A DNA stretch of 64,000 nucleotides from Chloroflexota bacterium (lineage in GTDB: Bacteria; Chloroflexota; Limnocylindria; P2-11E), in the NCBI GenBank assembly GCA_005887995.1, contig VBJD01000030.1, positions 2,025 through 66,024 of the forward strand, written 5' to 3'. Position 1 is the first letter of the stretch, and every line of letters starts with the position of its first letter. Position numbers and translations under genes: made by a program. Below are positions 27,862 through 39,821 of the stretch, piece after piece. The notes beneath the pieces were generated by a model. It had not been told where the DNA came from. It saw only the letters and a program-made list of their open reading frames with translations, and ran no database searches.

Positions 27862-27921
27862 CAGAGGCCGGTATGGGACCGCGCCGACGCGAGGTCAATA
27901 GGCGACCCGTACCATCGGGCT

Positions 27922-29751
27922 ATGGCGCGATCCCTCGTGGATTTCCAGCCGCGCGAGCGTTTGGCTGGGGTCCCGCACACGACGCGCCGTTTCGCGTGCC
28001 GGTCCGCTCTTGCGCTCAGTCCCGATGGGAGCGCGCTCGCGGTCGTGAGCGACCAGGGCGCGGGCACGTACGAGGCGTTCACGCTCCCCGCGACAGGCGG
28101 GACGCCGCAGCGGGCGATCACCGTCGAGGAGCACGCGGTACGCAGCCTCTGCTGGAGCGCGAGCGGCGAGCTCATCGCCGCGGCCGACAAAGGCGGCACG
28201 GAGCTGCACCAGCTCTACGTCCGGCACCCCGATGGTCCGTCGTCGCCGCTCTCGGTCGATCCCGCGGGACGCGTGCAGCGGCTGCTCTCGTGGAATGCCG
28301 CATCGCCGAGCGGCGATCGCGTCGCATTCTCGAGCAACGCGCGCGCGTCGACGGACATGGATGTCGTGATCGCGGATCTGCGAACGCGCACAGAGCGGCC
28401 GCTCCTCACCGCCGCGGCGTGGCACGTCGTCGGTGGCTGGTCACCCGACGGCGCGCGGCTCCTCGTGATGCGCGTGCACGACAACACGACACAGGACCTC
28501 TTCGTCGTCGATCCGGACAGCGGCGACGCGCAGGAGATCACGCAGAACTCGGAGGACGTCTCGCACGTGCCCGCGGGCTGGCTCGCCGACGGCCGCATCC
28601 TCGAGATCACCGACATCGACGAGGAGCACCTGTGGCTCGCGGCGCTCGATCCGCAGACCGGTGCGCGCGAGTCGATCGATCGCCCCGGCTGGGACATCGA
28701 GCTCGCCTGCTCCTCCGCTGACGGCCGCGTGCAGGCGTGGTCCGTCAACGAGGACGGCTATTCGAAGATCCGCTGGCGGGTCGACGGCCGGCCGATGCGC
28801 GAGCGTGACGTCAAGGGCGTGTGCGAGGACCTGATCATCTCCGCCGACGGGTCGCGTCTCGCGTTCGGCCGTCTCTCGGCCACCGAGCCGTGGCAGGTGT
28901 GGACGCTCGACACCGCGAGCGGTGACGCGCGCATCGCCCTCACCACGAAGACCAACATCGCGTCGTCGGAGCTCGTCGAGCCCGAGCTCATCCGCATTCG
29001 CGGTCCGCAGGGCGATATCCCGTGCTTCATCTATCGCCCGAAGCGTGCCCGCGCGCCCTACCCCGCGATCCTGTATCCGCACGGCGGACCCGAGGGACAG
29101 TCCCGGCCCGCGTTCACGCCGCAGGCGATGCACCAGCTCGCGCTCATCGATGCGGGCATCGCGATGGTCGTGCCGAACATCCACGGCTCGACCGGGTACG
29201 GACGGTCGTGGCAGGCGGCGATCCACAAGGACTGGGGCGGGATCGACCTGCGCGACCTCCGCGCGGTGACGGAGTGGATGACGAAGCAGAAGGAGTTCGA
29301 TCGGAAGCGGCTTGGCGTGTATGGCGGCTCCTACGGCGGCTTCGCGACGCTCCTCTGCGTCACGCAGATCCCCGACGTCTGGCGCTGCGCGGTCGACGTC
29401 TTTGGCGTCGCCAACCTCGTGACAATGCTCGAGAACGCGCAGCCGAACTGGCGTCGCTTCCTCCGGCGCTGGATCGGTGACCTCGAGACCGATCGCGCGA
29501 AGCTCGCCCTGCGCTCGCCGATCACGCACATCGAGAACGTGAAGTGCCCGATGCTCATCCTCCAGGGCAGTAACGACCCGCGCGTGCCGCAGGAGGAATC
29601 GGACCAGGTCGTCGCGAAGTTGCGTTCGCTCGGGCGTCGTGTGGAATACGTCGTGTACCCCGACGAGGGCCACGGCTTTACGAAGAAGAAGAATGCCGAC
29701 GACGCCTACGCTCGCGTCGTCGCGTTCCTCACGAGGGAGTTGAACGCGTAG
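27922..29751 (+). CDS. S9 prolyl-oligopeptidase-family serine peptidase with N-terminal beta-propeller
   Basis: GGSYGGFAT (GxSxGG), LILQGSNDPRVP, YPDEGHGF. ATG 27922 lies within the longer track ORF. Confidence 0.85.
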   Translation: MARSLVDFQPRERLAGVPHTTRRFACRSALALSPDGSALAVVSDQGAGTYEAFTLPATGGTPQRAITVEEHAVRSLCWSASGELIAAADKGGTELHQLYVRHPDGPSSPLSVDPAGRVQRLLSWNAASPSGDRVAFSSNARASTDMDVVIADLRTRTERPLLTAAAWHVVGGWSPDGARLLVMRVHDNTTQDLFVVDPDSGDAQEITQNSEDVSHVPAGWLADGRILEITDIDEEHLWLAALDPQTGARESIDRPGWDIELACSSADGRVQAWSVNEDGYSKIRWRVDGRPMRERDVKGVCEDLIISADGSRLAFGRLSATEPWQVWTLDTASGDARIALTTKTNIASSELVEPELIRIRGPQGDIPCFIYRPKRARAPYPAILYPHGGPEGQSRPAFTPQAMHQLALIDAGIAMVVPNIHGSTGYGRSWQAAIHKDWGGIDLRDLRAVTEWMTKQKEFDRKRLGVYGGSYGGFATLLCVTQIPDVWRCAVDVFGVANLVTMLENAQPNWRRFLRRWIGDLETDRAKLALRSPITHIENVKCPMLILQGSNDPRVPQEESDQVVAKLRSLGRRVEYVVYPDEGHGFTKKKNADDAYARVVAFLTRELNA

Positions 29752-30305
29752 TGCATCGCGGCGCACGCGTCTCGTTCGTCGCGAGCGCCGCGCTTGCGAT
29801 CGCGGTCCTTGGAACTTCCGCGTTCGCCGCGCTCACACCCAAACCGGTGCCCATCGGCGACCCGGCGCGTATCGCGATCGCGAAGCTGTCGACGCTCAAG
29901 GAACGCGAGCCGCAATACGTGCTGGCCTCAGGCCTGAACCGTCTCAAAGCGGAGGCGCGAAAGATACGCAGCACCGCCGGTCCGTATCCACCAATGAGCG
30001 CAGCGGTGACGCTGGAGGGCGACCTCGGCGTGTACCTCGTTCGATACGACGGCATGGTGCGGGCGTTCATCGCTGCGGATCCGCGCAACGGCTGTCGACT
30101 CAACGTCGACCATCCGGGGATGCGCCTCGCCGACGGCGGCCTCGCCTTCCATGACGTGTGCCACGGTTCGCTCTATGACGTCAACGGCGAGCACATCGGA
30201 GGGCCGTCCCCCTGGAACCTCGACGAGCTCCTCGTGAGCGTGGGCGATGGCCTCGTTTACGTCGACCGCAAGGTCGTCATCGCCGGACGTCGCGTCCTGT
30301 ACTGA
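29751..30305 (+). CDS. Secreted Rieske-fold-like protein with non-canonical cluster-ligand positions
   Basis: Signal peptide ...GTSAFA/AL. VCHGSLYDVNGEHIGGPSPWNLD resembles Rieske box II (CPCHGS..GP), but the box I and box II ligand residues appear substituted. Confidence 0.4.
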   Translation: MHRGARVSFVASAALAIAVLGTSAFAALTPKPVPIGDPARIAIAKLSTLKEREPQYVLASGLNRLKAEARKIRSTAGPYPPMSAAVTLEGDLGVYLVRYDGMVRAFIAADPRNGCRLNVDHPGMRLADGGLAFHDVCHGSLYDVNGEHIGGPSPWNLDELLVSVGDGLVYVDRKVVIAGRRVLY

Positions 30306-31204
30306 TCGCCCTGGCGCAGAGTGCTCTTCAACACGATCCCGTTCGCCCAGTAGGAGGCGGTGGCGCCGGCGGGCAGTACATCGAAGGTGAATCCGGCCGT
30401 GTAGGGAACTCGGCCTGCCTGCACGACACGTGTTCCGTCAAGCTCGTCGCCAATACGCAGGTCGCCGATCGATCGGCCGTCAGCGGTCGGGTGACCCGGT
30501 GAGGCTCGTACCGCACGCCCATCGGCGAGTGCGAGCAGGACGACCTCGTGCGTGTTCGGCACGGGTGTCTTCCCGACCTCGATGAGCGGCGCGGCGACGC
30601 GCTCGCCGGACGCCTCGAGCGTCCACACCACGTCGCCGACGCGCAGATCCTGAACGAGTACGTCGCCACGGGGCGTCGCGATCCGCGTGTCCATTGCGAG
30701 GCAGATCGGGCATGGGACCGCGCCGGCGGTCACGTTCTTGGTGATGTCGACCTTGCCATTCACATTGACGGAGCCTTCGACCTGGAAGAACGGACCTTGC
30801 TTCGGAGCCGGCGACGGACCGGCGTTCTTGCCCGTGGACCGGTAGGCGAAGCTCCAGGATGCCGGCGCGGTCGTGGACAGCGGGGTAAGCCGCAGCGCGT
30901 TCAGCGCCTTCCATTCGCGATAGACCGTGAGCACATCGGTGCCGACGCGCGCGGTGATCGCCGCGTACGTCTCGGCATCCTTTTGAATGTCGCCGATGCG
31001 GGCCTTCGCGAGCTGATCCTCGTCGGCGCGCGCGATCGGGTAGTAATCCGGGTCGCAGAACTCGACCCGCCCGCCGGCGTCCATCACGCGGTACTTCAGC
31101 TCGGCCGCCGGCAGCGGCGACGGCGCGGGCGTCGGGCTCGCGAGGGCATTCCCGCCGCACGCGGCGGCGACCAGCAACAAGCAGAGGAACGCGCGAGCGC
31201 TCAT
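30257..31204 (-). CDS. Lipoprotein with C-terminal Hint (Hedgehog/intein-like, BIL-type) domain
   Basis: Lipobox LLVAAAC after ATG 31204. CLAMDTRIATPRGDVLVQDLRVGDVV (Cys1 block), ASPGHPT (TxxH-like), WANGIVLKS. Confidence 0.65.
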   Translation of the reverse strand: MSARAFLCLLLVAAACGGNALASPTPAPSPLPAAELKYRVMDAGGRVEFCDPDYYPIARADEDQLAKARIGDIQKDAETYAAITARVGTDVLTVYREWKALNALRLTPLSTTAPASWSFAYRSTGKNAGPSPAPKQGPFFQVEGSVNVNGKVDITKNVTAGAVPCPICLAMDTRIATPRGDVLVQDLRVGDVVWTLEASGERVAAPLIEVGKTPVPNTHEVVLLALADGRAVRASPGHPTADGRSIGDLRIGDELDGTRVVQAGRVPYTAGFTFDVLPAGATASYWANGIVLKSTLRQGDQYRTRRPAMTTLRST

Positions 31205-31342
31205 ATCCCGTACGACGATAGGAAGCCGCGCGATGTTCCCCGCGTCAGACCGGTATGACCTCCGGACCAATCCGTCGTTTCCGATCGGATACAGACGAGC
31301 GGCCGTCAGCCGGTCCGGTATGACCCTTGCTTTACCTGGGTC

Positions 31343-31711
31343 ATGGCACGCCAGCCTGATCCGCGGCCCGTCCTCGTCGTCGACGACGACGAGGCGACGC
31401 GCCGCGCCGAGCGCGAAGTCCTACACGAGAACGGCTTCCGCGTCGTCGAGGCACGCGACGGTGCCGAGGCGCTCTGGTACATGCAGCACGATCCGCCCGC
31501 GGTCGTCATCCTCGATGTGCAGATGCCCGGAATCGACGGACCGTCGTTCGCGCGCGAGCTGCGCATGTCACTGCGCCACGTCCCGCTCGTGCTCCTCACC
31601 GGCGCGCCCGATCCGCGACACGAGGCCGACCGCTGCAACGCCGAGGCGTACCTCGCGAAGCCGTTCGATTCGCGCGAGCTCGTGACCGTCGTTCGCCGCT
31701 TCGCTTCCTAG
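31343..31711 (+). CDS. Stand-alone response-regulator receiver (CheY-like)
   Basis: VLVVDDDE, ILDVQMPGIDG (phospho-Asp), YLAKPF. Confidence 0.85.
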   Translation: MARQPDPRPVLVVDDDEATRRAEREVLHENGFRVVEARDGAEALWYMQHDPPAVVILDVQMPGIDGPSFARELRMSLRHVPLVLLTGAPDPRHEADRCNAEAYLAKPFDSRELVTVVRRFAS

Positions 31712-31732
31712 CTCCGCGCGTATCCTCGGCCC

Positions 31733-32689
31733 ATGCCTGCGCGCCTTCTCGTCAAAGAGCCGCACGCGGTCACGGATCAGCCGCCGGACCAGCTGTCCGA
31801 GATGCGCGGGGAGCATCCGTGCTGGCTCGACATCTCCGATCCGCGCAGCGAGGAGTTCGAGCTCGCCGCGACGGAGCTGAACCTCCATCCGCTCGCCGTC
31901 GAGGACGCCCAGAACCGCCACCAGCGCCCGAAGATCGACGAGTACGACGACCATTACTTCATCGTCGTGTACGCGCTCGAAGAGCCGAGCCCCGACGTCA
32001 TCAACCAGGTGGAGCTCAGCATCTTCTTCAAGCACAACGCGATCGTCACGGTCCACGAGGGTTCGCTTGCCGCGCTCCAGAAGGTCGAGAAGCGCTTCCG
32101 TGACGGAAAGATCGGGAGCGCGGGCCTGCTGCTGCACGCGATCCTCGACACGATCGTCGACACCTACTTCGACATCCTCGACGGGCTCGGTGACCGCGTC
32201 GAACTCATCGAGGCGATGGTCATCGACGGCGACCCGCGCGACTCGCACACCTCGATCCGCGAGCTCTTCCGGCTCAAGCGCGACCTGCTCGCGATCCGCC
32301 GGGTCATCGCGCCGGAACGCGACGTCGCGGCCGCGCTCGTCCGCGGCGACATCCGCGATCTCCGCGAGCCGGGACGTCGCGCGTACTTCCAGGATCTCTA
32401 CGACCACATCATCCGCGTGACCGACGAGGTGGATACGTTCCGCGATCTCGTGTCGAACGTCGTCGACGCGCACCTCGCCGCGGTGTCGAACCGGCTCAAC
32501 GAGGTGATGAAGGTCCTGACGAGCGTCGCGACCGTCCTGCTCATCTTGAACGTGGTGACCGGCTTCTTCGGCCAGAACTGGGACTTCATCCCGTATGGAT
32601 CCCAGGGGCTCTTCTGGCTCTCGATGGTCGTGATGATCGTCGGCACGGTCGGCGCCGCGTGGTACTTCAAGCGCAAGGGCTGGCTCTAG
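31733..32689 (+). CDS. corA: CorA-family divalent cation transporter with a GQN signature in place of GMN
   Basis: HPLAVEDA, CorA cytoplasmic domain, two C-terminal TM helices. Signature is FFGQNWDF at 32570..32578. Confidence 0.8.
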   Translation: MPARLLVKEPHAVTDQPPDQLSEMRGEHPCWLDISDPRSEEFELAATELNLHPLAVEDAQNRHQRPKIDEYDDHYFIVVYALEEPSPDVINQVELSIFFKHNAIVTVHEGSLAALQKVEKRFRDGKIGSAGLLLHAILDTIVDTYFDILDGLGDRVELIEAMVIDGDPRDSHTSIRELFRLKRDLLAIRRVIAPERDVAAALVRGDIRDLREPGRRAYFQDLYDHIIRVTDEVDTFRDLVSNVVDAHLAAVSNRLNEVMKVLTSVATVLLILNVVTGFFGQNWDFIPYGSQGLFWLSMVVMIVGTVGAAWYFKRKGWL

Positions 32690-32737
32690 CACCGCGATTC
32701 GCGGGAGGCTCGTTTTGCCAATAGACTTCGCCTCGCC

Positions 32738-33070
32738 TTGGCCGCATCCCATCCCCCGGGTGGAGCGCGCTCGAACGCGGCGATCCTGGGCCAGGTCGGA
32801 TTCATCATCGCGGTCCCGATCGCCGTAGGCGCGTGGCTCGGTCTGCAGATCGACGGAGCCGCGGGCACCTCGCCGATCGGGCTGCTGGGTCTGATCTTCG
32901 TGGGCATGGTCATCGCGGGGGTCGGAGTGGGCGTGCTGATCAAGCGCTACGCAGACGAGAATCCGATCGAGCCTTCGACGGAGCGCGCGCGCGAGGCAGG
33001 CAGACGCTGGGAGGCGGAGATCCGCGAGAAAGAGCGGCGAAAGGAGGCCGGCGAGGATGAGGACCGCTAG
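32738..33070 (+). CDS. AtpZ/AtpI-like small membrane protein preceding atpB
   Basis: LGQVGFIIAVPIAVGAWLGLQIDGAAGTSPIGLLGLIFVG pattern, position upstream of atpB, charged C-terminal tail. Confidence 0.55.
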   Translation: MAASHPPGGARSNAAILGQVGFIIAVPIAVGAWLGLQIDGAAGTSPIGLLGLIFVGMVIAGVGVGVLIKRYADENPIEPSTERAREAGRRWEAEIREKERRKEAGEDEDR

Positions 33071-33086
33071 GGGACGAAGCTCGTAG

Positions 33087-33929
33087 ATGGACTTCCTCTT
33101 CCCGCACGGCTTCAAGTACCCGCCGGATTTCCACATCCCGACGCCGACCGGCGAGGAGCTCTTCCGCATCGGCCCCGTCGGCTACACCAACGCTCATCTC
33201 ACCATGGCGATCGTCATCGTGTTGCTCGCCGGGATCTCGTTCCTCGCGACGCGCAACATGCGCGAGCGTCCGGCAGGACTCCAGAACGCCGTCGAGCTCC
33301 TCGCGCAGGGACTCGCGGACTTCGTCGCCTCGATCGGCGGCCAGAACGCGCTCAAGTACCTTCCGCTCTTTGGCACGCTCTTCCTCTTCATCGTGACGTC
33401 GAACTGGCTCTCCGTCGTCCCACTCATCGGCCAGGTGAAGTTCCTGCACTCGCCGACCGCCGACTACCACACCAACTTCGCGATGGCGGTGCTCGCGTTC
33501 TTCGCCTACCAGACCGAGGGGTTCCGGCACCTGCGCCTCGCCTATCCGAAGCGGTGGTTCAACTTCTCGGGCTTTAAGGACGGCCCGGCCATCGGCGTGA
33601 TCTTCGTCCTCGTGGGGTTCATCGAGCTCTTCAGCGAGCTCTTTCGCATGCTCACGCTCACGCTCCGTCTCTGGGGCAATGTCTTCGGCGGCGAGATCAT
33701 GCTCGTCGTGATGAGCGGGCTACTCCTGCTCCCGGGCCTTGCACTCCCGTTCGTCGGTCTCGAGGTCTTCATCGGGCTCGTGCAGGGCCTCGTCTTCGCG
33801 CTCCTGGTGCTGATGTACTTCATCCTCGCGATCGAATCACACGACGAAGAACATGAGGAGGGATCCCAGGCAGACACCGACCGCGTCCCTTCCCCCGAGA
33901 TGCATCCGCGCCCCGCGGCCTCGACCTGA
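33087..33929 (+). CDS. atpB: F-type ATP synthase subunit a
   Basis: LTLRLWGNVFGGEIM (essential Arg), polytopic. Acidic/His-rich C-terminal extension. Confidence 0.9.
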   Translation: MDFLFPHGFKYPPDFHIPTPTGEELFRIGPVGYTNAHLTMAIVIVLLAGISFLATRNMRERPAGLQNAVELLAQGLADFVASIGGQNALKYLPLFGTLFLFIVTSNWLSVVPLIGQVKFLHSPTADYHTNFAMAVLAFFAYQTEGFRHLRLAYPKRWFNFSGFKDGPAIGVIFVLVGFIELFSELFRMLTLTLRLWGNVFGGEIMLVVMSGLLLLPGLALPFVGLEVFIGLVQGLVFALLVLMYFILAIESHDEEHEEGSQADTDRVPSPEMHPRPAAST

Positions 33930-33946
33930 CCGCAAAACATCGATAG

Positions 33947-34177
<231 letters not shown>

Positions 34178-34180
34178 TCG

Positions 34181-34714
34181 ATGTTCGGCAGTCCGCTCGC
34201 CGCGGAGCCCGCGTTCTCACTCACGGTGGATCCGTATTGGATCCTCGTCTCGCTCGTCCAGTTCCTCATCCTTTATTGGCTTCTGCGCCGGTTCCTCTGG
34301 GTGCCGGTCACGAAAGCGCTCGAGACGCGCGCCGCGAAGATCCGTGAAGGCCTCGAGCTGGCCGAAGAGGCGAGGCTCGATCGCGAGCGGCTGAAGCAGG
34401 AGGTCGAAACGCTACTGGCCCAGGCGCGTGCGGAAGCAAACGCGATCGCCGACCGCACAGCGCAGGCGGCCGAGGCGGCTGCGGCCGCGACGCGCGCCGA
34501 GGCGAAGACCGAGGCCGATCGCCTGCGCGAGCGCGGGAGGCTCGACGCGCGACAGCTCCACGATCAGGCGCTCGCGCAGCTCCGCGGCGAGCTCGCGTCG
34601 ATGGTCGTCCTCGCGGCGAGTCGGCTCCTCGGGCGAGAGATCAGCGCCGAGCAACATCGCGCGCTGATCGAACAGTCGCTCAGCGAGGCGGGATCGGAGC
34701 TGCGGAAGAACTAA
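34181..34714 (+). CDS. atpF: F-type ATP synthase subunit b
   Basis: N-terminal TM helix followed by a long Ala/Glu/Arg coiled coil; operon position. Confidence 0.85.
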   Translation: MFGSPLAAEPAFSLTVDPYWILVSLVQFLILYWLLRRFLWVPVTKALETRAAKIREGLELAEEARLDRERLKQEVETLLAQARAEANAIADRTAQAAEAAAAATRAEAKTEADRLRERGRLDARQLHDQALAQLRGELASMVVLAASRLLGREISAEQHRALIEQSLSEAGSELRKN

Positions 34715-34825
34715 CGTGAGCGACGAGCGATTCATTCGCGAGGAGCGAACTCCACGAGCGGTGTCGAGGCGGCGAGGCGCAAGCCGCCGCAGGCAGGCCA
34801 AGCCGAGCGCGAGGAAGAAGAACTA
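34705..34825 (+). repeat. Related junction insert copy E (atpF|atpH), bounded by exact 9-nt direct repeats
   Basis: GAAGAACTA at 34705..34713 and 34817..34825. Internal GTGAGCGACGAGCGA and ACGAGCGGT resemble copy A. The hairpin is different (GGCGGC...GCCGCC). Confidence 0.5.
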
Positions 34826-34826
34826 G

Positions 34827-35357
34827 ATGGCAGCCGGCTCGGGCGCGCGGCGTTACGCGGAGGCGCTCCTCGACATCGCGACCGAGGAGCGTGCTGTGGC
34901 GGCGTATCGCGAGTCGCTCGATGCGTTCGCGACGGGTCTCGACCCCGAGAACATCCGCGGACTGCGTGACCAGCGCGTGCCTTTCGACCGGCGCCGCGCG
35001 GCGCTGGATGCCGCGACCGCGCGCGAACCGAAGGCGATACGCGCCCTCATGGCGATCCTGCTGGAACGCGATCGGATCGAGATCGTGCCCGGGATCGCGC
35101 GCGCATTCGGTGAGCTCGTCGACCGCCGCGAGGGCATCGTCAAGGCGAAGATCACGACGCCGGTCGAGATCGCCGCGTCAGAGCGTGACGAGCTGGTGCG
35201 CCGCCTCGAGCAGGCCAGCGGGAAGAAGATCCGCGCGACGTTCCAGGTGGATCCCGCGCTCATCGGCGGCGCAAGAGTGCAGCTGGGGGATCGGCTCATC
35301 GACGCGTCCCTTCAAACGCGGCTTGAGCACCTCGCGCGCGAGATGGCGAGCAGCTAG
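34827..35357 (+). CDS. atpH: F-type ATP synthase subunit delta (OSCP)
   Basis: [13 protein letters not shown]-terminus, [20 protein letters not shown]. Confidence 0.85.
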   Translation: MAAGSGARRYAEALLDIATEERAVAAYRESLDAFATGLDPENIRGLRDQRVPFDRRRAALDAATAREPKAIRALMAILLERDRIEIVPGIARAFGELVDRREGIVKAKITTPVEIAASERDELVRRLEQASGKKIRATFQVDPALIGGARVQLGDRLIDASLQTRLEHLAREMASS

Positions 35358-35367
35358 GAGAGAACGC

Positions 35368-36927
35368 ATGGCAGGAAGATCGTCCGAGATCACGGACATC
35401 ATCAAGGCGCAGATCAAGAAGTTCGAAGGCAAGGCGGAGTCCGTCGACGTCGGCACCGTCGTCGAGATCGGTGACGGCATCGCGCGGATCCACGGTCTCG
35501 CCGGCTGTCTCGCCTCCGAGCTGCTCGACTTCGGCCACGACACGTTCGGCCTCGCGTTCAACCTCGAGGAGGACACCGTCTCGGCGATCATCCTCGGTGA
35601 CTACCAGCAGATCAAAGAGGGCGATGAGGTCAAGACGACCGGTCGCATCATCGAGACGCCGGCGGGTCCGGAGCTCATCGGCCGCGTCGTCGACCCGCTC
35701 GGGCGGCCGCTCGATGGCAAGGGTCCGATCAACGCGAAGCACTTCCAGCGCGTCGACGTCGTCGCGCCGGGTGTGATCGCGCGGCAGAACGTCGACACGC
35801 CGGTGCAGACGGGCATCAAGTCGATCGACGCGATGTTCCCGATCGGCCGCGGTCAGCGTGAGCTGATCATCGGCGACCGCGCGACCGGGAAGACCGCGAT
35901 CGCTGTCGACACGATCATCAACCAGAAGGGCCAGGACCTCGTCTGCATCTACGTCGCGATCGGCCAGAAGGAGTCGACGGTCGCGAAGATCGTGGCCACG
36001 CTCGAGGAGCACGGCGCGATGGAGCACACCATCGTCGTGATCGCGGGCGCATCCGACTCCGCCACGCTCCAGTACCTCGCGCCGTTCGGTGGCTGCGCGA
36101 TGGGCGAGTACTTCCGTGACAAGGGCGAGGACGCGCTCGTCGTCTACGACGACCTCACGAAGCACGCCTGGGCATATCGCCAGGTCTCGCTCCTAGTGCG
36201 CAGACCTCCGGGACGCGAGGCATATCCCGGCGATGTCTTCTACCTGCACAGCCGCCTGCTCGAGCGCGCGGCCCGCATGAACAAAGCCCAAGGCGGCGGC
36301 TCGCTCACGGCGCTTCCGGTGATCGAGACGCAGGCGAACGACATCTCGGCCTACATCCCGACGAACGTCATCTCGATCACCGACGGCCAGCTCTTCATGG
36401 AGCCGGACCTCTTTAACGCGGGCTTCCGCCCCGCGATCAACCCGGGCCTCTCAGTCTCCCGCGTCGGCGGCGACGCGCAGCGGAAGATCATGAGCCGCGC
36501 GACACGCGGCATGAAACTCCAGCTCCAGCAGTACCGCGAGCTCGCCGCCTTCACGCAGTTCGGCGCGTCGGACCTCGACAAGGCGACGCTGCAGCTGCTG
36601 CGGCGCGGCGAGCGCATCAGCGAGGTGCTGAAGCAACCGCAGTACTCACCGATCCGTCTCGACCACGAGGTCGCGATCCTCTTCGCCGCGAACCGTGGCT
36701 ATCTCGACGATGTGCCGAAGGAGAAGTGCGCGGATTTCGAGCGCGATCTTCGCCGCTACATGGACGGGCAGGGCAAGCAGCTGTCGGAACAGCTCCTCGC
36801 GAAGCCGAACGAATGGAACGACGACATCGAGAACGCGCTGAAGAAGGTCATCGAGGACTTCAAGAAGGCGCATTCGTACGGCGAGCAGCCGAAGCCTGCG
36901 CAGCCCGTGGCCGCGGGAGCGCGCTAG
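35368..36927 (+). CDS. atpA: F-type ATP synthase subunit alpha
   Basis: [10 protein letters not shown] Walker A, VGGDAQ. ATG 35368 lies inside the longer track ORF. Confidence 0.95.
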   Translation: MAGRSSEITDIIKAQIKKFEGKAESVDVGTVVEIGDGIARIHGLAGCLASELLDFGHDTFGLAFNLEEDTVSAIILGDYQQIKEGDEVKTTGRIIETPAGPELIGRVVDPLGRPLDGKGPINAKHFQRVDVVAPGVIARQNVDTPVQTGIKSIDAMFPIGRGQRELIIGDRATGKTAIAVDTIINQKGQDLVCIYVAIGQKESTVAKIVATLEEHGAMEHTIVVIAGASDSATLQYLAPFGGCAMGEYFRDKGEDALVVYDDLTKHAWAYRQVSLLVRRPPGREAYPGDVFYLHSRLLERAARMNKAQGGGSLTALPVIETQANDISAYIPTNVISITDGQLFMEPDLFNAGFRPAINPGLSVSRVGGDAQRKIMSRATRGMKLQLQQYRELAAFTQFGASDLDKATLQLLRRGERISEVLKQPQYSPIRLDHEVAILFAANRGYLDDVPKEKCADFERDLRRYMDGQGKQLSEQLLAKPNEWNDDIENALKKVIEDFKKAHSYGEQPKPAQPVAAGAR

Positions 36928-36953
36928 CTCATGCGCGCTGAGGCGAGGGTCTA

Positions 36954-39300
<2,347 letters not shown>

Positions 39301-39301
<1 letters not shown>

Positions 39302-39720
39302 TGCCCCTTCATCTCGAGGTCATCACGCCCGAGCGCAAGGTCTACGAGGACGACGTGGACATGGTCATCGCACCCGGCAGCGAGGGCTACCTCGGGATCC
39401 TGCCGCATCACGCGCCGCTCCTCACGGCGCTCGGGCCGGGCGAATTCCGCGTGAAGAAGGGCGGCGTCGAAGAGGTGCTGGCCGTCTTCGGCGGGTTCAT
39501 GGAGGTGCGGCCCGATCGCGTCGTCGTGCTCACCGAGGCGGCCGAGCCGGCCGAGGAGATCGATACGGCCCGCGCCCAGGCCGCTCGGGCGCGTGCGCAG
39601 GAGACGCTTTCACAGGCCGCAACGCTCTCGGCGGCCGACGAGGCGCGCGCTCGCGCGGAGCTCCAGCGCGCGCTGGTGCGGCTCCGCGTCAGCGAGCGGA
39701 GGCGTCCGCGGCGCACCTAG
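39301..39720 (+). CDS. atpC: F-type ATP synthase subunit epsilon
   Basis: LEVITPERKVYEDDVDMVIAPGSEGYLGILPHHAP. Confidence 0.9.
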
Positions 39721-39725
39721 CAGAC

Positions 39726-39821
39726 AAGGGAGCGCAGGGCTAGAGTTGTCGCGCGAACAGGGGCGGGGATCCCTGTTCAGCGAGCGGAGCGAACGTCAAG
39801 ACGCGACGCTCGGCATGGCGG
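39726..39821 (+). repeat. Junction element copy B (atpC|YVTN gene)
   Basis: CAGGGGCGGGGATCCCTGTTCAGCGA (39758..39783) matches the A/C 26-mer at 23/26 positions. Hairpin GAACAGGG...CCCTGTTC at 39755..39778. Confidence 0.6.

Noticed and set aside
28441-29766. 441-aa ORF antisense to the S9 peptidase
   Set aside because: Shadow ORF with no motifs.
31568-33169. 533-aa minus-strand ORF spanning corA and the AtpZ-like gene
   Set aside because: Antisense to two well-supported plus-strand genes; charged, low-complexity translation.
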